A DNA stretch of 64,000 nucleotides from Candidatus Nomurabacteria bacterium (GTDB lineage: Bacteria; Patescibacteriota; Minisyncoccia; Phycocordibacterales; JAACPR01): NCBI GenBank assembly GCA_020632215.1, contig JACKFZ010000004.1, positions 10,708 to 74,707 of the forward strand, given 5' to 3'. Made by a program: the position numbers and the translations under genes. Below the pieces are notes generated by a model, which was not told the origin of the DNA, made no database searches, and worked only from the letters and a program-made list of their open reading frames with translations. This document shows positions 1-8,259 of the stretch, in pieces. Every line of letters begins with the position of its first letter. The first letter of the stretch is position 1.

Positions 1-982
1 CATTTTCTGGCATGCCGATATTATCAGCAAAACGAATCGCTCTTCGTAGAAGTCGTCTCAAGACATATCCCTGATCTGTATTTGAGGGTAAGGCTCCATC
101 TGAAATCATAAAGCTAGCTGCTCTAATATGATCAGCAATTATTCTAGCTTCCTTTTCTTTATAATCTGAAGATAGTTCTTTTATTTTTTCTAAAATTGGA
201 ACAAATAAATCTGTTTCAAAAATGCTTTGTTTACCTTGAAGAACAGTTGTTACTCTTTCAAAACCTGAGCCGGTATCAACATTTTTATTTTCGAGCTTGC
301 CGACAACTTTTCCATTTTCTTTTTTGTATTCCATGAATACATCATTCCAAATCTCAACTACTTCTTGAGAGTCATCAGCTTTTAGAAAATCTTCTTTGTT
401 TTTTATATTCAAACCTTCTTTAGTAAGATCATAAAACATTTCTGTGTCTGGACCGCAGGGACCGTTATCACCAGGACTCCACCAATTGCTCTCTGCTGGT
501 AAAAAGAATATTCTCTCCTCAGCATTCAATCCTTCTTTCTCAAAAATCTTTGTCCAAATAGTCGCTGATTCTTCATCTTTTGGTGCGTTATCATCGCCCT
601 CAAAACAAGTGATGTAGAGTCTGCTTGGATCTAAACCAAAACCTTCTTCTTTACTGGTTAACAGCTCAAAACTCCATTGTATGGCTTCTTCTTTGAAGTA
701 GTCGCCTAGAGACCAGTTACCCATCATCTCAAAGAATGTCAGGTGAGTATTGTCTCCAACTTCATCAATGTCTCCTGTTCTGACACATTTTTGAAAGTTT
801 GCTAGACGAGTTCCTTGAGGATGTTTTTGACCCATGAGATAAGGAACCAAGGGTTGCATTCCGGCAGTATTGAAGAGTACTGAAGGATCGTTTTCAGGCA
901 AAAGAGATGCACTAGGGATGATGGCGTGTCCCCTTTTTTCAAAAAAAGCTAGAAATCGTTTGCGAATTTCGTTTGAGTCCAT
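1..982 (-). CDS. alaS: Alanine--tRNA ligase, N-terminal catalytic part (gene continues beyond window start)
   Basis: Minus-strand translation from ATG at 982..980 gives MDSNEIRKRFLAFFEKRGHAIIPSASLLPENDPSVLFNTAGMQPLVPYLMG...WSLGDYFKEEAI, the conserved AlaRS class II N-terminus. The ORF runs off the window edge. Confidence 0.85.
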   Translation of the reverse strand, partial: MDSNEIRKRFLAFFEKRGHAIIPSASLLPENDPSVLFNTAGMQPLVPYLMGQKHPQGTRLANFQKCVRTGDIDEVGDNTHLTFFEMMGNWSLGDYFKEEAIQWSFELLTSKEEGFGLDPSRLYITCFEGDDNAPKDEESATIWTKIFEKEGLNAEERIFFLPAESNWWSPGDNGPCGPDTEMFYDLTKEGLNIKNKEDFLKADDSQEVVEIWNDVFMEYKKENGKVVGKLENKNVDTGSGFERVTTVLQGKQSIFETDLFVPILEKIKELSSDYKEKEARIIADHIRAASFMISDGALPSNTDQGYVLRRLLRRAIRFADNIGMPEN

Positions 983-1000
983 AATAGCTTAGAGAATATA

Positions 1001-1207
1001 TTAAAAGCCAAATAATCTCAAGGCAAATGCTAATACCAAGAAAAAGATACCTACAGATGCCAATACTATTTCTCCTCTAATACTATTCAAAACCTCCTTG
1101 TCTATTTTGTGCTCCTTCAATACTCCAAGGTGAACTCTAATAACTGCAATAGCGATGATAATGTCCCCAACAAACTCCAATGAGTGTGCTAATAATTCTT
1201 TGTTCAT
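1001..1207 (-). CDS. Small hydrophobic hypothetical protein (68 aa)
   Basis: ORF track entry, directly upstream of alaS on the same strand, with two predicted TM helices. No recognisable family. Confidence 0.3.
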   Translation of the reverse strand: MNKELLAHSLEFVGDIIIAIAVIRVHLGVLKEHKIDKEVLNSIRGEIVLASVGIFFLVLAFALRLFGF

Positions 1208-1240
1208 GATTGATATATTTTGTCAGATTTTATATTTTTT

Positions 1241-1591
1241 TCAAAATATTTTTGTACCATTAGGGACTGTTCTTTCTGGTATTGCAAGTACGACATCGTT
1301 GTTTTCATCAGCGAAACCTGTTGTTAGACATTCTGAAACAAAAGGACCAATTTGTTTAGGTGGAAAATTAGTAACGCAAACTACTTGTTTACCCATTAAA
1401 TCTTCTTTTGAGTAGTGTTTTGTGATTTGGGCACTAGATTTTTTGATCCCCAACTCCTCCCCAAAATCAATTTCTAGCTTGTAAGCTGGCTTTCTCGCTT
1501 CTGGAAAGTCTCCCACATTTACAATAGTTCCGACTCTTAATTCTTTTTTTTCGAAATTATCCCAAGATATTTCTTGCATAGCAAATTGCAT
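1241..1591 (-). CDS. tRNA-binding protein (CsaA/Trbp111/YgjH-like, EMAP-fold)
   Basis: 116 aa. The sequence LRVGTIVNVGDFPEARKPAYKLEIDFGEE...GKQVVCVTNFPPKQIGPFVSECLTTG matches the conserved CsaA/MetRS C-terminal tRNA-binding domain pattern. Confidence 0.6.
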   Translation of the reverse strand: MQFAMQEISWDNFEKKELRVGTIVNVGDFPEARKPAYKLEIDFGEELGIKKSSAQITKHYSKEDLMGKQVVCVTNFPPKQIGPFVSECLTTGFADENNDVVLAIPERTVPNGTKIF

Positions 1592-1629
1592 TTTAACACA
1601 ATTTTGGTAGTATCTCTCTTTGAAAAGAA

Positions 1630-1795
1630 CGGGGTGTAGCGCAGGGTGGTATAAAGGAAATAGTAAAGCAGGATTATCCCAAAAATCCTCAAGGGTTTAC
1701 AGCCCCAGCTTCTAGTTCAGAATAAACCATCTATAAATTGGTAGCGCGTCCTGTTTGGGACGGGAAGGTTGGAGGTTCGAATCCTCTCACCCCGA
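1630..1795 (+). tRNA. tRNA-Pro(UGG) gene interrupted in the D-loop by a ~92-bp insertion (1652..1743); possibly a pseudogene or an intron-like insertion
   Basis: The acceptor stem CGGGGTG pairs with CACCCCG followed by discriminator A. The D-arm is TA-GCGC-AGGGTGGTA. After the insertion the sequence resumes GCGC-G, anticodon stem TCCTG/CGGGA, loop TTTGGGA (anticodon TGG, G37), variable loop AGGTT, T-arm GGAGG-TTCGAAT-CCTCT. TGGTA is repeated at both insertion junctions. No CCA is encoded. Confidence 0.55.
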
Positions 1796-1834
1796 CGTTC
1801 TTTTTTGAGTCTCTTGTAGACTCTGTTTTTATTT

Positions 1835-2287
1835 TTACTCAACAACTTCAAAATCTTCCTCGCCTGTTTCATGATTTCTTATTGGTGGTGACTGAACTGA
1901 CACAAAAGCTAGATTTTCGTCGTCTCTCATTATAAAACCATGTTTTGTATTTTTAGGAACCTCAATTTTGTCTCCTTCGGATACAGAAATTTCTTCATCA
2001 CCAATAATTAGAGTTCCTGCTCCTTTGATAAATATGAAATATGCATCTGAATTTTTATGTACGTGTGGAGGTAGATTTGTCGGACCAGTGACTTCTATAA
2101 AGGAAATTTCTCTATTGTATTTTTTTGCTCCATCAATAGATTCTGTAATTTTATAACCTTCAAACTCTCTTGACTCTTTTGATTTTAAGCTATTGGCACT
2201 AGTCCATTCTCTTATTGAATCATCATTTACATCCGACAGTACTTCCGACATATAATCTCCTTTTGGTATTTCTGATGATTCTTTCAT
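1835..2287 (-). CDS. Cupin-domain protein
   Basis: 150 aa. It has a two-His/Glu cupin-like metal motif (PPHVHKNSDAYFIFIKGAGTLIIGDEE...KHGF). The true start may be the internal Met (MSEV...). Confidence 0.5.
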   Translation of the reverse strand: MKESSEIPKGDYMSEVLSDVNDDSIREWTSANSLKSKESREFEGYKITESIDGAKKYNREISFIEVTGPTNLPPHVHKNSDAYFIFIKGAGTLIIGDEEISVSEGDKIEVPKNTKHGFIMRDDENLAFVSVQSPPIRNHETGEEDFEVVE

Positions 2288-2295
2288 GTTTTAAA

Positions 2296-3132
2296 TTACA
2301 CACTACAAATAGCGTCTATGTTATCCACTACCTCTTTTATCTTCTTATCTGGCACGCCCACTTCACGCATTGCTTCTTCATTATCTTTTAAAGACGCACA
2401 GTTCACTAAACCCCTATCTACCAGCTCCCTCTTCTCTCTTTTTGTAAGTTGAGGAATACAAGTTGTTGGTTGTAAATTTGTTTCTGCTATTAAATCATAC
2501 AAATTACCCTTTTCTGGATAATCCCAACTAATCAATTCTAGGTTACCAACACAGTTAGCATATTTTATTAGATTATTGGTGAACTTAGTGTTAGTTATCA
2601 GGAGACCTTTGGTTAATTTCATTTCTTTTCCGTCGAATATAAATTTTTCACTAGCAAGATCGTCAAACCTAGCTTTAACATACAATCCAACTTTTGTGTC
2701 AGTTTTTACTCCAAGCTGATTGTGAAATTTTATTTCTGCAAAAAATAAACTGTCGTCATCATAAGCTACTGCATCAACTTCGTGTTCCACACATTTACCT
2801 TTCAGCGGTACGTTGTTTTGTACCTCGTAACCTTTTTTTCTTAAAATCTCGGCAAAAAATTTTTCAAAAGGGAAACCAGATGGACCTAGGTCTAAGATTG
2901 ATCGTCTAATCGAATAAACAGCGGCAGATCCCCTGTCTTTTTTATTGAGAATAGCAAAAGCTTTTTTGTATATCTCATCCGTAGTCATTCCATTCTTTAT
3001 ATAAGCTACTATTTCAGCTACTATCTCATCAGCAGTAATGATACTAGTTTTAGCACGCATCAAAGAATCTCTCAGTTTATCTGGATCGAAAACCTCTGTC
3101 TCTCCATTATGTTTAATAACTGTGACTGACAT
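2296..3132 (-). CDS. ATP-cone domain fused to an Mrr-like PD-(D/E)XK restriction-endonuclease domain
   Basis: The N-terminus MSVTVIKHNGETEVFDPDKLRDSLMRA is an ATP-cone (NrdR/RNR-like). The central region GYEVQNN...CVEHEVDAVAYDDDSLFFAEIKFH carries D...E-x-K nuclease motifs typical of the Mrr catalytic domain. Confidence 0.6.
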   Translation of the reverse strand: MSVTVIKHNGETEVFDPDKLRDSLMRAKTSIITADEIVAEIVAYIKNGMTTDEIYKKAFAILNKKDRGSAAVYSIRRSILDLGPSGFPFEKFFAEILRKKGYEVQNNVPLKGKCVEHEVDAVAYDDDSLFFAEIKFHNQLGVKTDTKVGLYVKARFDDLASEKFIFDGKEMKLTKGLLITNTKFTNNLIKYANCVGNLELISWDYPEKGNLYDLIAETNLQPTTCIPQLTKREKRELVDRGLVNCASLKDNEEAMREVGVPDKKIKEVVDNIDAICSV

Positions 3133-3596
3133 TATCCTTTGATAAATAGTTCAAATGTGTCTATATCTTCATTCGGACTAACTTCAAATAGATTTAGTTT
3201 GTATTCTTCTCCATTCACAAATAATCTAAACGCTTGGTCAGGATCGTCAGATTTGTAAGTCACTTTGAAATCTCTTTCTGTGACAACTTGAGCACAAACT
3301 TGACCTTCTGCAGGGTCGTTAATAGAAATTCTAATTTCTGGTCCAGTTTCTGAATCGATGACTTCAGCGTTATATGAGTGGCAAGAGGTCGGTAATATTA
3401 TTGTTCCAACAAAAACATGTTCTCCATCTTTGTATTGATGCTTCACATTAATTGTTTCTGTAAGTCCTTGATCTTCTAACATTGCATCGTCACGCAAAGA
3501 AGAATTCTTGGCTTCTTCTGTTCGAGCAATAACAAAGCCAATAATCAATACGATGATAACAATTACTAAAACTATAATTAAATTTTTGTTTTTCAT
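3132..3596 (-). CDS. Membrane-anchored hypothetical protein (154 aa), translationally coupled upstream of the ATP-cone nuclease gene
   Basis: It has an N-terminal TM helix (LIIVLVIVIIVLIIGFVIA) and no family assignment. Its stop overlaps the start of the next gene at 3132. Confidence 0.5.
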   Translation of the reverse strand: MKNKNLIIVLVIVIIVLIIGFVIARTEEAKNSSLRDDAMLEDQGLTETINVKHQYKDGEHVFVGTIILPTSCHSYNAEVIDSETGPEIRISINDPAEGQVCAQVVTERDFKVTYKSDDPDQAFRLFVNGEEYKLNLFEVSPNEDIDTFELFIKG

Positions 3597-3615
3597 GATG
3601 GTAATTATATAACTT

Positions 3616-4689
3616 TTAGCTTTCTATGACACCCCCGCCTAAACATTGACTTTTTTGATAAAAGACGGCTGATTGACCGGTAGTTGCTATTTCAGTATCT
3701 TCAATGTTGCTCAAAGTATTATTTTGGATATTTAAAATAGCCTTTTTTAATTCTTGTCTGTATCTAAAACGGACTTCAACTTCTACTTCATTCTGGCTAA
3801 TCTTACTATTCAGATTTAAGTTACTTAACTTGATTAATGAATTATTGAGCGAGTGAGTGACTGGTTTTTCTTCAGAAACAGTAATGGTATTTTTTAATAA
3901 ATCTTTATTTATTAAAAAAAGAGGTTTTGTCGCTGGGTTTTTCTTGAATATTTCGAAACCGTGCCTTTCTCCCAGAGTGTACAGTTCTGCTCCTTGATGT
4001 TTACCTATAATTTCTCCCGATTCGTTTAACACGTTTCCTTCTTTTGCATCTATATATTTTTTCAAAAACTGCTTCATATCTAAAGCACCTAGGAAACATA
4101 AACCTTGGCTATCTTTTTTAACAGAAGTAAATAAGTCATATTTTTTTGCTAACTTTCTAACTTCTTGTTTTTCCAAATGACCTATTGGGAAAAGAGTTTT
4201 TTCTAAATGCTTCTGTTGTAATGTCCACAAAAAATAAGTCTGATCTTTGTTTTGATCCTTTGATTTGAAAAGTCTATATTCTCCACTATCTATTTGTTTA
4301 GTTTGAGCATAGTGGCCTGTTGCAACATAATCAGCACCCTCTTTTATTGCCCAATCAAAAAAGCCTCCAAACTTTATTTCTTTATTACACATTACATCTG
4401 GATTTGGAGTTCTACCTTTTTGATATTCTTCTACTAGATAGTCTATAACTCCTTCTTTGTATTCTTTGGATAAATCCAATAATTTGAAAGGTATATCTAA
4501 ATGGGCACAAACTCGCATAACGTCTCTTTTTTCTTCTTTCCAATTACAATTTAGAAAATCAGGATACCAAGCTTTGATAAATACTCCCGTTACTTCATAT
4601 CCTTCTTCTTTTAGCAGTGCAGCAGAAACAGAGGAGTCTACACCTCCCGATAGTCCGACATATACTTTTTGTGGTGAATGGGGATTCAT
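3616..4689 (-). CDS. mnmA: tRNA-specific 2-thiouridylase MnmA
   Basis: PP-loop SGGVDSSV, NPDVMCNKEIKF and the C-terminal tRNA-binding region. Length 357 aa. Confidence 0.85.
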   Translation of the reverse strand: MNPHSPQKVYVGLSGGVDSSVSAALLKEEGYEVTGVFIKAWYPDFLNCNWKEEKRDVMRVCAHLDIPFKLLDLSKEYKEGVIDYLVEEYQKGRTPNPDVMCNKEIKFGGFFDWAIKEGADYVATGHYAQTKQIDSGEYRLFKSKDQNKDQTYFLWTLQQKHLEKTLFPIGHLEKQEVRKLAKKYDLFTSVKKDSQGLCFLGALDMKQFLKKYIDAKEGNVLNESGEIIGKHQGAELYTLGERHGFEIFKKNPATKPLFLINKDLLKNTITVSEEKPVTHSLNNSLIKLSNLNLNSKISQNEVEVEVRFRYRQELKKAILNIQNNTLSNIEDTEIATTGQSAVFYQKSQCLGGGVIES

Positions 4690-4775
4690 GGGTTAGCAAT
4701 ATAACATAGTATGTAGAATTTAGTATGCAGAATCAGCACTTTTTTCCTACATTTTAAATTCTACATTCTACGTAC

Positions 4776-5768
4776 TTACCTTAAATACTTCGCTTTATTT
4801 CTCTTGTGATCTTCAAAAGTAGTTGCATAATATGTCTCTCCATTATGACCTGTTAGGAAGTAAAGATACTCTGTTTTTTCAGGAGTCGCTGCAGCTTTGA
4901 GAGAGTCGAGGCCAGGATTTGAAATCGGAGTTGGTGGTAATCCTTTATGAACATACGTATTATAAGGATTTTCTTTTTCTATTAAGTCTTCTTTTGTAAG
5001 ATCGAAAGTTCCTTTTCCACGAGAGTAAACAAAAGTAGCATCCACCTGTAAAGGCATTTCTATTTCTATTCTGTGCCATAGAACATTTGCAATTTGTTCC
5101 CTGTTTTCATCATCAGCTTCTTTCTCTACAATAGATGCCATTATTACAATATCTTCCAAGGGAATTTTAAAGCCTCCCAATTCTTCGCGTAAAGCAGCAA
5201 CCTTTTGATTAAACGTTTCTTCTAAAACTTCAACGACTTCATGAGTCTTAACATTCTCTAGAAATATGTAAGTGTCAGGAAACAAATAACCTTCCTTGCC
5301 TTCAGTTAGTTGGTAAAAAGCTTCTTTATCAAAATTTTCAAAATTATCTTCAAAAACAATACCCATTTCTAGTAAAGTTGTTCCTTCTGGAATACGAACA
5401 GACTTAGAAGGAATACCATAATCTCCTCTCGTTAGACGGTTGATGACTTCAAAAATATTTTCTCTGTTTTCAAATCTATACTCACCAGAGATTATACTTC
5501 TATTACCTTGTAGAATAACTAGAGAACTAAAAATGACTTTTGAACGAATAAACCCTCCTTCTTTTAGTTGTCTCGATATGGCTTTAACAGAAGAACCCTT
5601 TTCAATCTCAACATTTCTAGGCAATTCAGTTCTTAAAGGCATTGATGTTAGAAAGATCCAGTATATTGAGAACAGAATAAAAATGATTGCCAAAGTTATG
5701 ACTTTATTTTCATAGCCTTGTTTTCTGAGAAACTCTCTTATTTTTTTCTTGATTACTTTCTTAGTCAT
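4776..5768 (-). CDS. mltG: Endolytic murein transglycosylase MltG (YceG-like)
   Basis: N-terminal TM helix, a YceG-like domain and the conserved C-terminal YNTYVHKGLPPTPISNPG motif. Confidence 0.85.
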   Translation of the reverse strand: MTKKVIKKKIREFLRKQGYENKVITLAIIFILFSIYWIFLTSMPLRTELPRNVEIEKGSSVKAISRQLKEGGFIRSKVIFSSLVILQGNRSIISGEYRFENRENIFEVINRLTRGDYGIPSKSVRIPEGTTLLEMGIVFEDNFENFDKEAFYQLTEGKEGYLFPDTYIFLENVKTHEVVEVLEETFNQKVAALREELGGFKIPLEDIVIMASIVEKEADDENREQIANVLWHRIEIEMPLQVDATFVYSRGKGTFDLTKEDLIEKENPYNTYVHKGLPPTPISNPGLDSLKAAATPEKTEYLYFLTGHNGETYYATTFEDHKRNKAKYLR

Positions 5769-7009
5769 TACTGTATAGGAAGGTTAGGTGGCGGTGCAGC
5801 TCTTTGCGACTCGACTCTTCCAATTGTAGGTGTCTGAGCCACTTGTCCTGGTAAGTGATACATCGTTGCAAGCTCTTCAGTATTTAAAATAAAAGAAGAC
5901 CTGTCCTCATAGGAAAACCACCCTTTTGGTCTCGATGTAAAAAAGTATCCGCGACCTTTATATTGCTCCAATATTTCGTATTTTCTCTTCTTACCTCTAA
6001 TACCAAAAAAGTCGTCCCAAGGGTAGTCAAATACTGTTAAATGATAAGGTCCAAAACCATTTAAATCATTTGAATTGAATTGTTTCAACATTGCTATAGT
6101 CAAAGGGATGTTGATACCATCAAAATTCTCCTGATCAGCCATATACAAGGCTCTGATACCTACATCAAATCCTAGCTTAGCAACACTCCTTTCAATTGCG
6201 GCTATTCTTTTCTTTTGTCCCTCAGTCTGATTTACAGTAAAGCTTCCACCCTTGTCATCTTTAGAAAGAGATTCTTCTCTAATTTTTTGAACTTCTTCTT
6301 TAGCTACATCTTGCCAAAGATCTGTTTTTGCAAAAAGCTTTCCCGGAACCTTGTCTTGGGCACGGTGAGCTCTGACAATAAACTGAACCCACATTTGTTC
6401 TCCAGGTCTCAACGAACCCATATACTCCATCATTGGAGTTATTGGATCTACTTGCTCCTCTTCTTTATCACCCTGATCAAGAGCATAGTCAACATAGGTT
6501 TTGATTGGATAGGGATCTGGTTTGGTTAGTTTATACTCTATTCCAAAAAGTTCATTTTTTTCAGGATTGAAATCAAAAGATTGAGAGTAGTCTTCGACTT
6601 CATTAACTTCAGCTCCAGGATATTGTGCATATAGTTGGGATTCAATAAATCTTTTGTAGACACTTCTTGTCCAAATATAAAAATGAATATTTCCTCCCTT
6701 AGAAACGATTTCCAAGGAAAACCATGCCCTAAAGCCACCTTGGAAAGTTCGCTTAACCCAGGTAGTTTCACCACTAGTTTGATGTAAAGCTACCAAGAAA
6801 AGCTCCATTGCCGCAGGGCTCTTCTTCACTTCCGCAGGAGGCTTAATTTCCAAAACTATGTAGTCGAAGCTATAAAACTTTTTCTCTTGAGCATAATTAA
6901 CATAGTTTCTGTATAAAACCCAAATCAAAAAAATTGGCAGTAATATAGGAACAGTCAAAAGAAAAAAATCTACACCTTTTTCAATTATAGAAGTAAGACC
7001 ATCTTGCAT
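5768..7009 (-). CDS. Hypothetical membrane-anchored protein (413 aa), translationally coupled to mltG
   Basis: It has an N-terminal TM helix and no recognised domain. Its stop overlaps the mltG start at 5768. Confidence 0.55.
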   Translation of the reverse strand: MQDGLTSIIEKGVDFFLLTVPILLPIFLIWVLYRNYVNYAQEKKFYSFDYIVLEIKPPAEVKKSPAAMELFLVALHQTSGETTWVKRTFQGGFRAWFSLEIVSKGGNIHFYIWTRSVYKRFIESQLYAQYPGAEVNEVEDYSQSFDFNPEKNELFGIEYKLTKPDPYPIKTYVDYALDQGDKEEEQVDPITPMMEYMGSLRPGEQMWVQFIVRAHRAQDKVPGKLFAKTDLWQDVAKEEVQKIREESLSKDDKGGSFTVNQTEGQKKRIAAIERSVAKLGFDVGIRALYMADQENFDGINIPLTIAMLKQFNSNDLNGFGPYHLTVFDYPWDDFFGIRGKKRKYEILEQYKGRGYFFTSRPKGWFSYEDRSSFILNTEELATMYHLPGQVAQTPTIGRVESQRAAPPPNLPIQ

Positions 7010-7034
7010 GTTTTTATAGCAATAATTATAACTT

Positions 7035-7110
7035 ATATAGAATGTAGAATATAGTATTTAGAATATAGAATGTAGAATATAGTATTTAGAATATAGAATG
7101 TAGAATGTTT
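7035..7110. repeat. Tandem repeat of a 28-bp unit TAGAATATAGAATGTAGAATATAGTATT (~2.8 copies)
   Basis: Read directly from the sequence. It is built from TAGAAT cores. The same core occurs at 4711-4771, 24431-24478, 27654-27659 and 38939-38958. Confidence 0.8.
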
Positions 7111-7141
7111 ATTGCTAGATTTACTAAATTTCACAATTAAT

Positions 7142-8170
7142 TTAAGCGTTGTGATATCTTCCTTTGGTGTCTCTCTTGAAATACTGTGGGTTTTGCAGGT
7201 TTACCATAATAGTATTATCTTTGACATATCTTTCTTTCAGCACTTTGTCGACAATTTCATCTTTAGTCAAAGGTCCGTATTTATCAATCAGTTTCTTGAT
7301 AACATCTCTAACAACACCACTAATGTATCCCCATTCAGATAATGCATACAAACCTCTTCCAACTAGAACAAATCTAGAGTCTTTAATTAACTCGTTGTGA
7401 CAAGTAGCAACATGTGCTTTTTTATTAAAAATCTTGGTAATTTTTTCAGCTACTTCTCGAAAGTGAATAGGAGAACCATGTTGTCTAATAACAAGGTAAG
7501 CATAATCTCTCATGCCTTTTACATTAATATTTGGTGAATTAGCTTTTCCCCACTCACCTAGCGGGTTGGAGTTGACGGTTTTGGACATCCCTAACCACCG
7601 TTTTAAAATCTCTTCATCCTTGTATTCTTCAGAAACATCTTTCAAATGATCAAGAAAATCTTTTAGCATTTTTGATTCTGGAATAATATCCTCATCGTCT
7701 AGATCTGAGTAAAGTTTCTTAATAGAACCTTCAATCTGATTTGCTAATTCTTCGTCAACACACCATCGACATACAAACTCATTATTTTCTTTCTTTTGTT
7801 TGAAAGAATTACCAAGTACCAATAGAAAGTGTATTTGGTTTTGTGTAGATTTGCTTGTAGAAACCTCTCCCAGAAAATCTGACTCGCCGATAACACCACC
7901 TAAGGATCTTATAAGATCTTTTAATTCATTGAAAAAAGGTTCGGCTTTTTCAAATTCTTCCGATTTTCTAATGTTGGCAATGGAGTATTCTTCGATTTGT
8001 CTGACACGCTCTCGCGTTATGCCGTATATTTGCCCAATAGACTCGAGAGTCTGTTGTTTTGTACCAGTCCCTAGACCATATCGTCGTGTCAAAACATCCC
8101 GAGATCTCTCAGGAATAGTAGCCAAGAGTTTCTTAACTATTTGCTTTGGTAGGAAACTAAGTTTTGCCAT
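7142..8170 (-). CDS. Putative transcription-associated protein with an N-terminal sigma-70 region-4-type HTH and a C-terminal HARE-HTH (RNAP delta-subunit-like) winged helix
   Basis: N-terminus QQTLESIGQIYGITRERVRQIEEYSIANI. The C-terminal FVLVGRGLYALSEWGY matches the HARE-HTH signature (B. subtilis RpoE: DGRFLALSDQTWGLRSW). Confidence 0.5.
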   Translation of the reverse strand: MAKLSFLPKQIVKKLLATIPERSRDVLTRRYGLGTGTKQQTLESIGQIYGITRERVRQIEEYSIANIRKSEEFEKAEPFFNELKDLIRSLGGVIGESDFLGEVSTSKSTQNQIHFLLVLGNSFKQKKENNEFVCRWCVDEELANQIEGSIKKLYSDLDDEDIIPESKMLKDFLDHLKDVSEEYKDEEILKRWLGMSKTVNSNPLGEWGKANSPNINVKGMRDYAYLVIRQHGSPIHFREVAEKITKIFNKKAHVATCHNELIKDSRFVLVGRGLYALSEWGYISGVVRDVIKKLIDKYGPLTKDEIVDKVLKERYVKDNTIMVNLQNPQYFKRDTKGRYHNA

Positions 8171-8259
8171 ATTAATAATAAATTATCTTTATTTTTATAA
8201 GGTTTGCGTTGGAGCCACTTTATCATTGATATTAGCCCCTGTCAACAATTTGAAAACAT

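Noticed and set aside
4457-4696. Various antisense ORFs inside mnmA, leuS, copB, uvrA, rpoB, rpoC and others (e.g. 4457..4696, 8979..9242, 52192..52479, 53294..53695)
   Set aside because: They lie entirely within, and antisense to, well-supported conserved genes, and have no independent signals.
7035-7110. Possible CRISPR array
   Set aside because: The repeats are contiguous 28-bp tandem units with no unique spacers, and there are no cas genes. It is treated as a tandem repeat.
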